From NCBI GenBank assembly GCA_900765105.1, contig CAAFQM010000126.1, positions 122 to 64,121 on the forward strand: a DNA stretch of 64,000 nucleotides, read 5' to 3'. How positions within the stretch are numbered: the first letter of the stretch is position 1; every line of letters begins with the position of its first letter. This document shows positions 9,270 to 19,275 of the stretch, in pieces. Below the pieces are notes generated by a model. The model was given only the letters and a program-made list of their open reading frames with translations, did not search any database and had not been told where the DNA came from. The translations under genes and the position numbers were made by a program. Origin of the DNA: an uncultured Faecalibacterium sp. (GTDB lineage Bacteria > Bacillota > Clostridia > Oscillospirales > Ruminococcaceae).

Positions 9270-11570
9270 ATGAGCATCTGGGAGAAAATGGGCTTTGGCG
9301 GGTACAGGGGCTTTTCACGGGAATCAGCCGGGCTGCTGCGCACGGCTGTGGAGCTGGCTGGGAACTTCGGCTGCGAAAAAGCCGATACCGGGCATCTTCT
9401 GCTGGCTATGCTCCGGCAGGAAGACAGCGCCGCAGCACGGTTCCTGAACGGAAAGCGAATCACGGAACAGGCGGTGCGCCGTCAGCTGGCCGAGAACCGA
9501 TGCGCCCCTGCACGGCATCTGGACCATTGCGCCTTTGCACCCGATCTGCGCCGCACGATGGATTACGCCATCATCGGGGCACAAAACGCACACATTTCCC
9601 GTGCAGAACCGGAACACCTGCTCTGCGCCATGCTGGAGGATGACGGCTGTACTGCCGGGTTGCTGCTGGCCTCCATGGGCTTGTCGCTCACCGAAGCTGT
9701 GCGGGAATGCCGCCAGCTTTCCGGGCAATTTGTGCTTCCGTATCAGTCCCGCGCAACGGTCAGTGCACCCCGCGGGAGCCGTGCCAGCGATAAATATTGC
9801 CGTGACCTGACCCGCCGCGCCGCCGAACGGGAACTGGATCCGGTATTCTGCAGGGACGCAGAGCTGGACCGCATGGTCGAGATCCTCTGCCGCCGCCAGA
9901 AAAATAACCCCTGCCTTGTGGGGGAACCGGGCGTTGGCAAGACAGCTCTTGCTGAGGGTCTTGCCCAGCGCATCTCTGCCGGGAACGTTCCGCAGGCGCT
10001 GAAAGGCCGACGGCTGCTGGCACTGGATATGGCCAGCCTTGTGGCGGGCACCAAGTACCGCGGCGATTTTGAAGAGCGTTTCAAGAATCTGCTGGAAGAA
10101 CTGGTGCGGGACGGCAGCGCAATCCTGTTTGTGGACGAGTTCCACACCATCGTGGGCGCAGGAGCGGCGGAAGGCGCAATCGATGCAGCCAGCATCCTGA
10201 AACCGGTCCTCGCACGGGGCGAGATGCAGATCATCGGTGCCACGACCAACGAAGAGTTCCGCACCCATATCCAGAAGGATGCTGCGCTGGAACGCCGCTT
10301 CGGGCGGGTGCAGGTGGAGGAACCCACGCCGGAACAAGCCCTGGATATCCTCGAGGGCCTTGCACCCCGTTACGAGCGATACCACAGCGTAAGGCTCCCG
10401 CCAGAAACACTGCGGGCAGCGGTCGAATTATCGGTACGATATCTGCCGGGGCGTTTCCTGCCGGATAAATCTATCGATCTGATGGACGAAGCCTGCGCGG
10501 CGGCCCGCATTTGCGCCGAACAGGAAAAGCGCACCCAGCCCGTTCTGAAACCGGATGATATTGCCCGGGTAGTGGCGCAGGCCAGCGGCGTGCCTGCAGA
10601 GCGGGTAGGGGAGCAGGAGCGGGAACGGCTGGACAGGCTGGAGGACCGGCTGAATGCAGAGATCGTAGGGCAGAAGCAGGCCGTTGCCGCCGTGGCAGGA
10701 GCCATCCGCCGCAGCCGGACAGGACTTGGCGAACCGGGCAGGCCGATCGGGGCGATGCTGTTTCTCGGGCCGACCGGCGTGGGTAAAACGGCCCTCGCCC
10801 GTGCATTGGCCGTCGGCTGGTTCGGCAGCGAGAAAGCCCTGCTCAAGTTTGATATGTCGGAGTATCAGGAGCAGCACACAACAGCCCGGCTGCTGGGTGC
10901 GCCGCCGGGCTATCTCGGCCACGATGAGGGCGGTCAGCTGACCGAAGCGGTGCGCCGCCGCCCCTACAGCGTGGTGCTGTTCGATGAGATCGAAAAGGCT
11001 CACCCAGATATCCAGAACATCCTGCTGCAGATCCTTGAGGACGGTCAACTGACCGATGCCATGGGCCGCAAGGCGGATTTCCGCAATACCATCGTTCTGC
11101 TCACTTCCAACCTCGGGGCGAGGTTTCTGGCCGGCCAGTCTGCTCCGCTGGGCTTTGCGCCCGGCAGCGAAGCGTTGTTTGAAAAGCAGTCGGCACAGGC
11201 TGTGGAGGAGGCTAAAAAGTGGTTCCGTCCGGAGCTGGTCGGACGTCTGGATGAGATGATCGTATTCCGCCCGCTGGCAGAAGAAAGCCTTTGTGCCATC
11301 ACGGAAAAAATGCTCTGTCAGCTGGAAGCTCGTGCTGCCCGCAGCGGCTACCAGCTGCGGCACACCCCGCGTGTGGGGCAGGCCCTTGCAGCAAAGGCGC
11401 AGTCTGCCTACGGGGCACGGGAGCTGCGCCGTGCCGTTGACCGTGCCGTGGAGCAGGCACTGGCCGACCGCATTGCTTCCGGGCAGGCGGCTGCAGGCCA
11501 GCACTGGACGGCAGACTGTACTGCCGAGGGAACGGTCATTCTCCGGGCAGATGAACCCGCAACCTTATGA
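9270..11570 (+). CDS. ClpC-like AAA+ ATPase (Clp N-domain, two AAA modules, no middle coiled coil)
   Basis: GEPGVGKT, AGTKYRGDFEER, KDAALERRF, GPTGVGKT, GAPPGYLG, FDEIEKAH. Confidence 0.9.
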   Translation: MSIWEKMGFGGYRGFSRESAGLLRTAVELAGNFGCEKADTGHLLLAMLRQEDSAAARFLNGKRITEQAVRRQLAENRCAPARHLDHCAFAPDLRRTMDYAIIGAQNAHISRAEPEHLLCAMLEDDGCTAGLLLASMGLSLTEAVRECRQLSGQFVLPYQSRATVSAPRGSRASDKYCRDLTRRAAERELDPVFCRDAELDRMVEILCRRQKNNPCLVGEPGVGKTALAEGLAQRISAGNVPQALKGRRLLALDMASLVAGTKYRGDFEERFKNLLEELVRDGSAILFVDEFHTIVGAGAAEGAIDAASILKPVLARGEMQIIGATTNEEFRTHIQKDAALERRFGRVQVEEPTPEQALDILEGLAPRYERYHSVRLPPETLRAAVELSVRYLPGRFLPDKSIDLMDEACAAARICAEQEKRTQPVLKPDDIARVVAQASGVPAERVGEQERERLDRLEDRLNAEIVGQKQAVAAVAGAIRRSRTGLGEPGRPIGAMLFLGPTGVGKTALARALAVGWFGSEKALLKFDMSEYQEQHTTARLLGAPPGYLGHDEGGQLTEAVRRRPYSVVLFDEIEKAHPDIQNILLQILEDGQLTDAMGRKADFRNTIVLLTSNLGARFLAGQSAPLGFAPGSEALFEKQSAQAVEEAKKWFRPELVGRLDEMIVFRPLAEESLCAITEKMLCQLEARAARSGYQLRHTPRVGQALAAKAQSAYGARELRRAVDRAVEQALADRIASGQAAAGQHWTADCTAEGTVILRADEPATL

Positions 11571-11633
11571 TTTCGCTTGCATCCTGCGTTTTTTCTGCTA
11601 TCATAGAAATAACAGCAAATGCAGGAGGAAATC

Positions 11634-12629
11634 ATGCAGATATTGTTTATCTTGAATCCCACCGCCGGAAAGACCGACTGTACCCGGGAACTGCCCCGGC
11701 AAATCGAAGAAGCGGCTGCCCGGGCAGGGCTTTCCGCGCAGGAATATACCATTCAGGTCACGACCCATGCGGGCCATGCACGGGAACTGGCCCATGCGGC
11801 AGCAGAACAGACCCGGCAGACAGGGGAGACGCTTCACATCTATACAGCAGGCGGCGACGGCACCTTCAACGAAGCGCTTACCGGCGCTTACGGATACAAA
11901 AACGCCGCCGTGGGCTGCCTGCCCTTCGGAAGTGGAAATGACTTTCTGCGTACCTTCGGCACAAAAGAAGAGTTTTTGGACCTGGATGCCCAGCTTGCCG
12001 GAGGAGAAGTGCCCATCGACCTGATGGAGACGAGTCTCGGCCTTTCGGCGACCATCTGCGCCGCCGGTCTGGATGCGCAGGTGGCCTATGGAATCCCGAA
12101 ATTCCGGCGCATCCCGCTGTGCGGCGGAGAGATGGCCTATGCACTTTCCATCGTTCAGCAGCTGTGTGGTCCTATCGGACGCCGGGTGGAATACACGATT
12201 GATGGCGAGACCATGACAGTGGATTGTCTGATGTGCGCTGTGTGCAATGGCCGCACTTATGGCGGAGGTTTCTGTGCTGCACCCGAAGCCCGGCCCGATG
12301 ACGGCTGGCTGGATGTGTATATCATCCGCAAGGTGAGCCGCCTGACCATTGCAAAACTGCTCGGCCTGTACAAAAACGGCCGGCACTTCCGTAACGGTCA
12401 TCTTCTGCCGGAGGTGGAACCGTATTTCATTTATCGCCGGGCAAAAAGCGTGACCCTGAAAGCTGCAGACGGACGTGGCCCCATTGTGGCAACGGCAGAC
12501 GGCGAGTGCGTCCCGAAAGAAGAGGTTCGCGTACAGGTGCAGCCCCTTGCCGGACGGATCCTTCTGCCCAAACCGGCCTATGAGCGCTTTGCCATGCAAA
12601 AGGCCGCGCAGCACGCGGGCAGTATCTGA
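11634..12629 (+). CDS. Diacylglycerol/lipid kinase family protein (YegS/DgkB-like)
   Basis: NPTAG, GGDGT, LPFGSGNDF, NGRTYGGG, ADGE; ATG 11634 after AGGAGG. Confidence 0.9.
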   Translation: MQILFILNPTAGKTDCTRELPRQIEEAAARAGLSAQEYTIQVTTHAGHARELAHAAAEQTRQTGETLHIYTAGGDGTFNEALTGAYGYKNAAVGCLPFGSGNDFLRTFGTKEEFLDLDAQLAGGEVPIDLMETSLGLSATICAAGLDAQVAYGIPKFRRIPLCGGEMAYALSIVQQLCGPIGRRVEYTIDGETMTVDCLMCAVCNGRTYGGGFCAAPEARPDDGWLDVYIIRKVSRLTIAKLLGLYKNGRHFRNGHLLPEVEPYFIYRRAKSVTLKAADGRGPIVATADGECVPKEEVRVQVQPLAGRILLPKPAYERFAMQKAAQHAGSI

Positions 12630-12869
12630 GACGGCATTCCAACGGAAAAGCAGCAAATTTTATCTTCTCCCCTCTGTCCCGGGTGACCGGAGCAGCGGGG
12701 AGAATCATTTTGTCACATTTTGTTCTTATTTCCAGCAAATAGGGCCGGTTGCTCAAAATTTAAACATCAGCCCTTGTTTGTTGATTGTTCCCGCCCGGGA
12801 AAGCGGGGTATACTATTGCCATGAGGAAAGCATGAAGATGCTGAATAAAATCAAGGAGGTACGTTCTTT

Positions 12870-14642
12870 ATGTATTATTCCAGTGGCAATTACGAAGCTT
12901 TTGCACACCCGAAGAAGCCCGAGGGTGTCGATCATAAATCCGCTTATATCATCGGCTCCGGTCTGGCTGCACTGACCGCTGCCTGCTATCTGGTGCGTGA
13001 TGGCCAGATGCGGGGTGAGCATGTGCATGTGTTCGAAAAGGACCCTATTCCCGGCGGTGCCTGCGACGGCTACAAGTATGATGTCGGCTATGTGATGCGT
13101 GGCGGCCGTGAGATGGACAACCATTTCGAGGTCATGTGGGATATGCTGCGCTCCATTCCTTCGCTGGAAACCGAGGGCGCCAGCGTGCTGGACGAGTATT
13201 ACTGGCTGAACAAGGAAGACCCCAACTTCTCGCTCTGCCGTGCAACCGTCGATCAGGGTCAGGATGCCCACACCGACGGCAAGTTCGGCCTGTCCGATAA
13301 GGGTGCCATGGAGATCATGAAGCTGTTCTTCACCCCTGATGAGCAGCTGCAGGACAAAAAGATCACCGACTTCTTTGACGATGAAGTGCTGAACACCAAT
13401 TTCTGGATGTACTGGCGCACCATGTTCGCTTTTGAGAACTGGCACAGCGCACTGGAAATGAAGCGGTATATCAAGCGCTACATCCACCACATCGGCGGCC
13501 TGCCGGACTTTACGGCTCTGCGCTTTACCCGCTACAATCAGTATGAGTCCATCATTCTGCCCATGACCGAATACCTGAAGAGTTTCGGCGTGCAGTTCCA
13601 CTACGAAACCAAGGTCACAGATGTCAAATTCGACATTCAGGGCGACCGCAAGATGGCAAGTTCTGTCACCGTGGAGCACGCAGGCGAGGTCTCCAACATC
13701 GACCTGACCGAGAACGATCTGCTGTTCATCACAAACGGCGGTTGCGTGGAAAGCTGCACTGTTGGCTCCCAGAACAAGGCCACCGGCATGGATCCCACCA
13801 TCAGGCCCGGCAACGGCTGGGATCTGTGGAAGAAGATCGCTGCACAGGATCCTTCCTTCGGTCATCCCGAAAAGTTCTGCTCCGATCCTGAGCTTTCCAA
13901 CTGGGAAAGTGCTACCATCACCACGCTGGACGACAAGATCCCGCAGTATATCCAGAAGATCTGCAAGCGCGATCCGTTCAGCGGCCACACCGTCACCGGC
14001 GGCATCGTCACGGTCAAGGATTCCAGCTGGCTGCTCAGCTGGACGCTGAACCGTCAGCAGCAGTTCCGCGATCAGCCCAAGGATCAGCTGTGCGTCTGGA
14101 TCTACAGCCTGTTCACCGATAAGCCCGGTGATTACGTCAAGAAACCCATGCGCGAGTGCACCGGCAAGGAGATCTGCATGGAGTGGCTGTACCACATCGG
14201 CGTGCCCACTGACCAGATCGAAGAGCTGGCTGAGCACAGCGCTAACACCGTTCCGGTCATGATGCCCTATATTGATGCATTCTTTATGCCGCGTGCCATG
14301 GGCGACCGCCCCGACATCGTGCCGGAAGGCGCTGTCAACTTTGCCTTTATCGGCCAGTTTGCCGAGACCGAGCGCGACACCATCTTCACCACCGAATATT
14401 CCATGCGCACCGGTATGGAAGCCGTTTACACCCTGCTGAACATCGACCGCGGCGTGCCGGAAGTCTGGGGCAGCACCTACGATGTGCGCGACCTGCTGAA
14501 TGCAACGGTCAAGCTGCGCGACGGCAAAAAGATCACCGACATGGATCTGCCGCTCATTCCGCGTCTTGCCATGAAGGAAGCCCTGAAGAAGATCGAGGGC
14601 ACCGACATTGAAAAGCTGCTCAAGGAATATAATGCCATCTGA
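12870..14642 (+). CDS. ohyA: Oleate hydratase (myosin-cross-reactive antigen family)
   Basis: MYYSSGNYEAFA start, GSGLAAL FAD motif, RGGREM, YNQYES, FTTEYSMRT. Confidence 0.95.
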   Translation: MYYSSGNYEAFAHPKKPEGVDHKSAYIIGSGLAALTAACYLVRDGQMRGEHVHVFEKDPIPGGACDGYKYDVGYVMRGGREMDNHFEVMWDMLRSIPSLETEGASVLDEYYWLNKEDPNFSLCRATVDQGQDAHTDGKFGLSDKGAMEIMKLFFTPDEQLQDKKITDFFDDEVLNTNFWMYWRTMFAFENWHSALEMKRYIKRYIHHIGGLPDFTALRFTRYNQYESIILPMTEYLKSFGVQFHYETKVTDVKFDIQGDRKMASSVTVEHAGEVSNIDLTENDLLFITNGGCVESCTVGSQNKATGMDPTIRPGNGWDLWKKIAAQDPSFGHPEKFCSDPELSNWESATITTLDDKIPQYIQKICKRDPFSGHTVTGGIVTVKDSSWLLSWTLNRQQQFRDQPKDQLCVWIYSLFTDKPGDYVKKPMRECTGKEICMEWLYHIGVPTDQIEELAEHSANTVPVMMPYIDAFFMPRAMGDRPDIVPEGAVNFAFIGQFAETERDTIFTTEYSMRTGMEAVYTLLNIDRGVPEVWGSTYDVRDLLNATVKLRDGKKITDMDLPLIPRLAMKEALKKIEGTDIEKLLKEYNAI

Positions 14643-14681
14643 GACTGAGTTCTCCGGCTTCTGAGCCGGGATCCCCCATAT

Positions 14682-14730
14682 AAAATCATCCCTGTATGCT
14701 GAGACGGCTGCAGGGATGATTTTTTGTTTT
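14682..14730 (+). terminator. Intrinsic terminator
   Basis: AAAATCATCCCTG...CAGGGATGATTTTTT. Confidence 0.75.
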
Positions 14731-14909
14731 CTTGAAAAAACGGAAGGTTTGCACAAAACAAACGGCATAAAACACTTAGATTTGAACAAATCCGGCGGAA
14801 GACACTTGTTCTGCAACGGGTTCTGTGGTATGCTTAAAACAATGGATGCCGGGGCGGACTGTGCACCCGGCAGGAATATGAATGCAACAAGAGGAGGTCG
14901 TTTTTTGCC

Positions 14910-16667
14910 ATGAAACAGCTTATCTCCCGCCGCAATTTCCTGAAAGCCGCCGGGGTGACCACCGCTGCGGCTGCCATCAGTCTGGGCGCTCCTGCCGCAT
15001 CGGCGTGCATCGGCGATTTTGAGGATATCACCATCCTCTACACCAACGATGTCCACACTTACATCGACAAACAAAGCCCGGAGCTTACCTATGCGGCCAT
15101 TGCCGCTCTGAAGAAGAGCTATCAGGACGCCGGAAAGAATGTTCTGCTGGTGGATGCGGGCGACCATATTCAGGGCACCGCTTACGGCTCCATGGACGAA
15201 GGCGCGTCCATTATCCAGCTGATGAATGCCGCCGGTTATGATGCTGCGACCCCCGGCAACCATGAGTTTGATTACGGCATGGACCGTGCCCGGGCAGCTA
15301 TGCGGGAAGCAGATTACCCGTATCTGTCCTGCAACTGGGTCTATGAACCGCTGGGCACCCGTGTTCTGCCGGATGTAAAGTATTTCCGTCTCGGCGGGCG
15401 GACGATCGCGCTGGTCGGTGTAACGACGCCTGAGACCTTTACCAAGTCTACGCCGGCGTACTTCATGGACCCGAGCCAGAGCGTTTATATCTATGATATT
15501 CTGGGCGGCGACGACGGCCAGAAGCTGTACAAGGCCGTGCAGAGATCCATTGATAAGGCAAAGGTCATTGCGGACTACGTCATTGGTCTGGGACATCTGG
15601 GTGTTGATCCGTCCTCTTCGCCGTGGACCAGCCGGGAAGTCATTGAGCACACTTCCGGCTTCGATGCTTTCATTGATGGCCATTCTCACACCGTCATGGA
15701 GTGTGAGTGGGTGAAGGACCTGTCCGGCAAGGCGGTGGCGCTGACCCAGACTGGTTCCTATTTTGCCAATGTCGGCGAAATGACCATCAAGGCAGACGGT
15801 TCCATCGAAACAAAACTGGTCTCTTCCTATGATGGTGTGGACAGTGCTGCAGCAGCAATTCAGTCTGCATGGGTGAACACGGTGGACGAGATGCTGGGCG
15901 AGAAGATCGCAGTGGCCGATACCAAATTCTATATCACCGACCCGGAGACCGGCAACCGCCGTATCCGTTCGGCCGAAACGAACCTTGGCGATTTCGTGGC
16001 TGACGGCATCTATACTTACTTCAATGAGATCGAACAGCTGCATTGCGATGTGGCCATTATGAACGGCGGCGGTATCCGTGCAGACGAGGAGGCCGGTTAC
16101 TGGACCTTCAAGACCTGCAAACAGATCAGCCCCTTTGGCAATGTGGCCTGCCTGATGTCGGTTACCGGCAAACAGATTCAGGACGCGCTGGAATTTGCTG
16201 CCCGCTTTGCCGGAGAAGAAGGCAAGGAGAACGGCGGCTTCCTGCAGGTGGCTGGCGCGACGTATGAGATCCACACCGATATCCCCAACACGGTGCAGAC
16301 CGACGATAAGAATATCTGGATCGGCAGCGCCACCGGAACGCCCCGTGTACAGAATGTTAAAATCTATGACAAGGCTTCCGGAACCTATGTGCCGCTTGAC
16401 CCGGCAAAGACCTATGCATTGGCCGGTATGAACTATACCCTGCGCAATCTGGGCGACGGCTTTGCCATGTTTGATGGCGCCGAGCTAATCAAGGACTATG
16501 TGTCCGAGGATTATCTTGTCATGTCCACTTATGCCATGAGCTTTGGCGGTGTGGATGGCGAGGGTCTGCCGCACCTGTCCACGGCAAACAGTCCGCTGGC
16601 AGATTACCCGGGCTACCTGCTGGATTATGAGGATCCCTACGGCGCAGGCCGCATTACCATTTTGTAA
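14910..16667 (+). CDS. Tat-signal 5'-nucleotidase / UDP-sugar hydrolase family metallophosphoesterase
   Basis: SRRNFLK twin-arginine signal; TNDVH, DAGD, GNHEFD, GHLG, DGHSH; C-terminal RSAETNLGD, NGGGIR, GDGF. Confidence 0.9.
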   Translation: MKQLISRRNFLKAAGVTTAAAAISLGAPAASACIGDFEDITILYTNDVHTYIDKQSPELTYAAIAALKKSYQDAGKNVLLVDAGDHIQGTAYGSMDEGASIIQLMNAAGYDAATPGNHEFDYGMDRARAAMREADYPYLSCNWVYEPLGTRVLPDVKYFRLGGRTIALVGVTTPETFTKSTPAYFMDPSQSVYIYDILGGDDGQKLYKAVQRSIDKAKVIADYVIGLGHLGVDPSSSPWTSREVIEHTSGFDAFIDGHSHTVMECEWVKDLSGKAVALTQTGSYFANVGEMTIKADGSIETKLVSSYDGVDSAAAAIQSAWVNTVDEMLGEKIAVADTKFYITDPETGNRRIRSAETNLGDFVADGIYTYFNEIEQLHCDVAIMNGGGIRADEEAGYWTFKTCKQISPFGNVACLMSVTGKQIQDALEFAARFAGEEGKENGGFLQVAGATYEIHTDIPNTVQTDDKNIWIGSATGTPRVQNVKIYDKASGTYVPLDPAKTYALAGMNYTLRNLGDGFAMFDGAELIKDYVSEDYLVMSTYAMSFGGVDGEGLPHLSTANSPLADYPGYLLDYEDPYGAGRITIL

Positions 16668-16877
16668 AAGAAAGTCCTATCAGGGCAGAACCAACTGTAT
16701 AACAAAACCGGGCAGTCTGCGGGCTGCCCGGTTTTTGCGTCTTTGCATCCTCCTGCGATTATAAAAAAGTTTTCCGCTAATAATGCCCAGAGCAAAGCAG
16801 AGGGCATTCTGAATCGTTGCGCCGTGCAGAATAACAAAACAGAAAAGCCACCTGAGTTTCCTCAGATGGCTTTGTTC

Positions 16878-16951
16878 TGGTTGGGGATGAGAGAATCGAA
16901 CTCCCACAAGTAGAGTCAGAGTCTACCGCACTACCACTATGCAAATCCCCA
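16878..16951 (-). tRNA. tRNA-Gln (CTG)
   Basis: Reverse complement TGGGGATTTGCATAGTGGTAGTGCGGTAGAC-TCTGAC-TCTACTTGTGGGAGTTCGATTCTCTCATCCCCAACCA, CCA encoded. Confidence 0.95.
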
Positions 16952-16994
16952 ATATTCTGTTTTGCTTTGCGGGGTGAGCCGCTCGACGTGTGCT

Positions 16995-17023
16995 ATTATA
17001 CGCGGAAAAGTCTGACTTGTCAA
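16995..17023 (-). promoter_or_regulatory. Consensus sigma-A promoter of tRNA-Gln
   Basis: TTGACA, 17 bp, TATAAT on the minus strand. Confidence 0.9.
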
Positions 17024-17104
17024 GCGGATTTTATAAAAAAATCAGAAATTTTGAAAAACGTGCGAATCACCGAAAAAAGACTTTTGCATCCTGACCACAA
17101 ACCG

Positions 17105-17134
17105 GCATATTCCGCACACCCATCCTCATATACT
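17105..17134 (+). promoter_or_regulatory. Putative sigmaE-type promoter
   Basis: GCATATT, 15 bp, CATATACT. Confidence 0.55.
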
Positions 17135-17175
17135 GAAATGTGCAAACCCGGAAACGCACAAAAGGAGGATGGCCT

Positions 17176-17460
17176 ATGACGGAACGAACCACACAAAACA
17201 CCCAGACCCTGCTTTCGCCCCGTATCCCGCGGGATGATGAGCACGAACGCTACCACCCGGAACTGGAAGAAGAGCTCAAGGAGTGCCTGTTCTGCCTGAA
17301 GCGCAACGAGATGATGTTTGATCTTGAGGTAGATACCGACCTCATCGAGCAGCGCATCTATGAGCGGCAGGCGCTTTTGTGCCGCTACCGGTACTTACTG
17401 TCCCGCGCACGGGAGCTTGGCCTGCACACCGTTCTGACAAAGTATCAGCCGCAAGGATGA
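17176..17460 (+). CDS. DUF2508/YaaL-like small protein
   Basis: F..EVDTDLIE..IYE..AL..RYRYLL..ARE pattern; SD AAGGAGG. Confidence 0.7.
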   Translation: MTERTTQNTQTLLSPRIPRDDEHERYHPELEEELKECLFCLKRNEMMFDLEVDTDLIEQRIYERQALLCRYRYLLSRARELGLHTVLTKYQPQG

Positions 17461-17511
17461 AATAGAAACTCCCGGCCCCATACACAATGTTGATTTCACG
17501 ATACAAAAATC

Positions 17512-17540
17512 TTGACAGAACCCGTCTTGCGTGTTATCAT
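17512..17540 (+). promoter_or_regulatory. Sigma-A promoter of scfAB
   Basis: TTGACA, 17 bp, TATCAT with TGn extension. Confidence 0.8.
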
Positions 17541-17609
17541 ATGAAAAGATAAATGCGTGCTGGTTTTTCCAGCACGGTGAATTTTTGAGTGTTAGAGAGG
17601 TTTTCTATT

Positions 17610-17756
17610 ATGGAACGTATCAAGACCATTGCTACTCGTGACCTGACCAAGAGCGTCAAGACCGGCGGTTGCGGCGAGTGCCAGACTTCCTGCCAGTCCG
17701 CTTGCAAGACCTCCTGCGGCGTGGCTAACCAGCAGTGCGAGAACAGCAACAAGTAA
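17610..17756 (+). CDS. scfA: SCIFF (six-cysteine) ranthipeptide precursor, 48 aa
   Basis: MERIKTIATRDLTKSVKTGGCGECQTSCQSACKTSCGVANQQCENSNK; below the ORF-track size cut-off; directly upstream of the radical SAM maturase. Confidence 0.95.
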   Translation: MERIKTIATRDLTKSVKTGGCGECQTSCQSACKTSCGVANQQCENSNK

Positions 17757-17770
17757 TTTCTGCAAACCCT

Positions 17771-17799
17771 ATGCCGCCTTTGCCGGGCGGCATTTTTTT
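17771..17799 (+). terminator. Terminator/attenuating hairpin between scfA and scfB
   Basis: ATGCCGCC-TTTGCCG-GGCGGCAT followed by a T run. Confidence 0.7.
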
Positions 17800-17823
17800 G
17801 TGTAATTTGGAATGGAGAGTAAA

Positions 17824-19275
17824 ATGGTACATCAGTATCAATTGAACGGCTATAACATCGTGCTGGATACCTGCAGCGGTTCGGTACATGTGGTGGACGA
17901 TGTGGCGTATGACGTCATCGCCATGTATCCGGAGCACACCGCAGACGAGATCGTTGCAGCCATGATGGCAAAGTACGGCGACCGTGAGGATGTGACCGAA
18001 GAGGATCTGCGCCAGTGCATCGAGGATGTTACCGCCCTGAAGGAAGCCGGAAAGCTCTGGACCCCGGACGTTTACCGGGATATGGCCTTCGATTTCAAGA
18101 ATCGCAACACCGTGGTCAAGGCTCTGTGCCTGCATGTGGCGCACACCTGCAACCTGAATTGCAATTACTGCTTTGCTTCGCAGGGCCGCTATCAGGGCGA
18201 CCGCGCCCTCATGAGCTTTGAAGTGGGCAAGCGCGCCATGGATTTCCTCATTGAGAACTCCGGCACGCGTCGTAATCTGGAAGTGGACTTCTTCGGCGGC
18301 GAACCGCTGATGAACTTCGATATGGTCAAGAAGCTGGTGGCCTACTGCCGTGAACAGGAGAAGATCCACAACAAGAACTTCCGCTTCACCATGACAACCA
18401 ACGGCATGCTGATCGACGATGATGTGATCGATTTCTGCAACAAGGAATGCCACAATGTCGTGCTGAGTCTGGACGGCCGCAAGGAAGTGAACGACCGCTT
18501 TCGCAAGGACTACGCGGGCCATGGCAGCTACGATACCATCGTGCCCAAGTTCCAGGAATTTGTGAAGAAGCGTGGTGACAAGGGCTATTACATGCGCGGC
18601 ACCTATACCCACTATAACACCGACTTCACCAACGACATCTTCCACATGGCAGACCTCGGCTTTACTGAGCTGAGCATGGAACCGGTGGTGTCCAAGCCCG
18701 GCGATCCCAGCGCTCTGACCGAGGAAGATCTGCCCATCCTGAAGGAGCAGTACGAGATCCTCGCCAAAGAGATGATCAAGCGTGACCGCGAGGGCCGCGG
18801 CTTTACCTTCTACCATTATATGATCGACCTGACCGGCGGCCCCTGCATCTACAAGCGTATCTCCGGCTGCGGTTCCGGCACCGAGTACATGGCTGTGACC
18901 CCCTGGGGCGATCTGTATCCCTGCCACCAGTTCGTGGGCGACCCGAAGTATCTGATGGGCGACATCTGGAAGGGCGTCACCAACACGGAAGTGCGCGATA
19001 AGTTCAAGCACTGCAACGCTTACGCCCGTAAGGAGTGCCAGGACTGCTGGGCAAAGCTTTACTGCTCCGGCGGCTGTGCAGCCAACTCCTACCATGCCAC
19101 CGGCGACATCACCGGCGTGTATGAGTACGGTTGCGAGCTTTTCCGTAAGCGCATGGAGTGCGCCATCATGATCAAGGTAGCCGAAAATCAGGAGCTGGCC
19201 GCACAGGGCATCGAGGTGCCCATTGAGCTGGGCAGCACCTGCAACGCCTGCGCCGACGGCGAAGCCTGCGAATGA
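17824..19275 (+). CDS. scfB: SCIFF radical SAM/SPASM maturase
   Basis: KALCLHVAHTCNLNCNYCF, DFFGGEPL, GCGSG..YMAVTPWGDLYPCHQF, CQDCWAKLYCSGGCAAN; alternative ATG at 17812. Confidence 0.93.
   Translation: MVHQYQLNGYNIVLDTCSGSVHVVDDVAYDVIAMYPEHTADEIVAAMMAKYGDREDVTEEDLRQCIEDVTALKEAGKLWTPDVYRDMAFDFKNRNTVVKALCLHVAHTCNLNCNYCFASQGRYQGDRALMSFEVGKRAMDFLIENSGTRRNLEVDFFGGEPLMNFDMVKKLVAYCREQEKIHNKNFRFTMTTNGMLIDDDVIDFCNKECHNVVLSLDGRKEVNDRFRKDYAGHGSYDTIVPKFQEFVKKRGDKGYYMRGTYTHYNTDFTNDIFHMADLGFTELSMEPVVSKPGDPSALTEEDLPILKEQYEILAKEMIKRDREGRGFTFYHYMIDLTGGPCIYKRISGCGSGTEYMAVTPWGDLYPCHQFVGDPKYLMGDIWKGVTNTEVRDKFKHCNAYARKECQDCWAKLYCSGGCAANSYHATGDITGVYEYGCELFRKRMECAIMIKVAENQELAAQGIEVPIELGSTCNACADGEACE

Noticed and set aside
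12813..16274. 1153-aa minus-strand ORF, and similar long antisense ORFs (40595-43753, 5423-7732, 29138-31303, 51209-53320)
   Set aside because: They shadow well-supported genes on the opposite strand, have no recognisable motifs, and are expected from biased codon usage in GC-rich DNA
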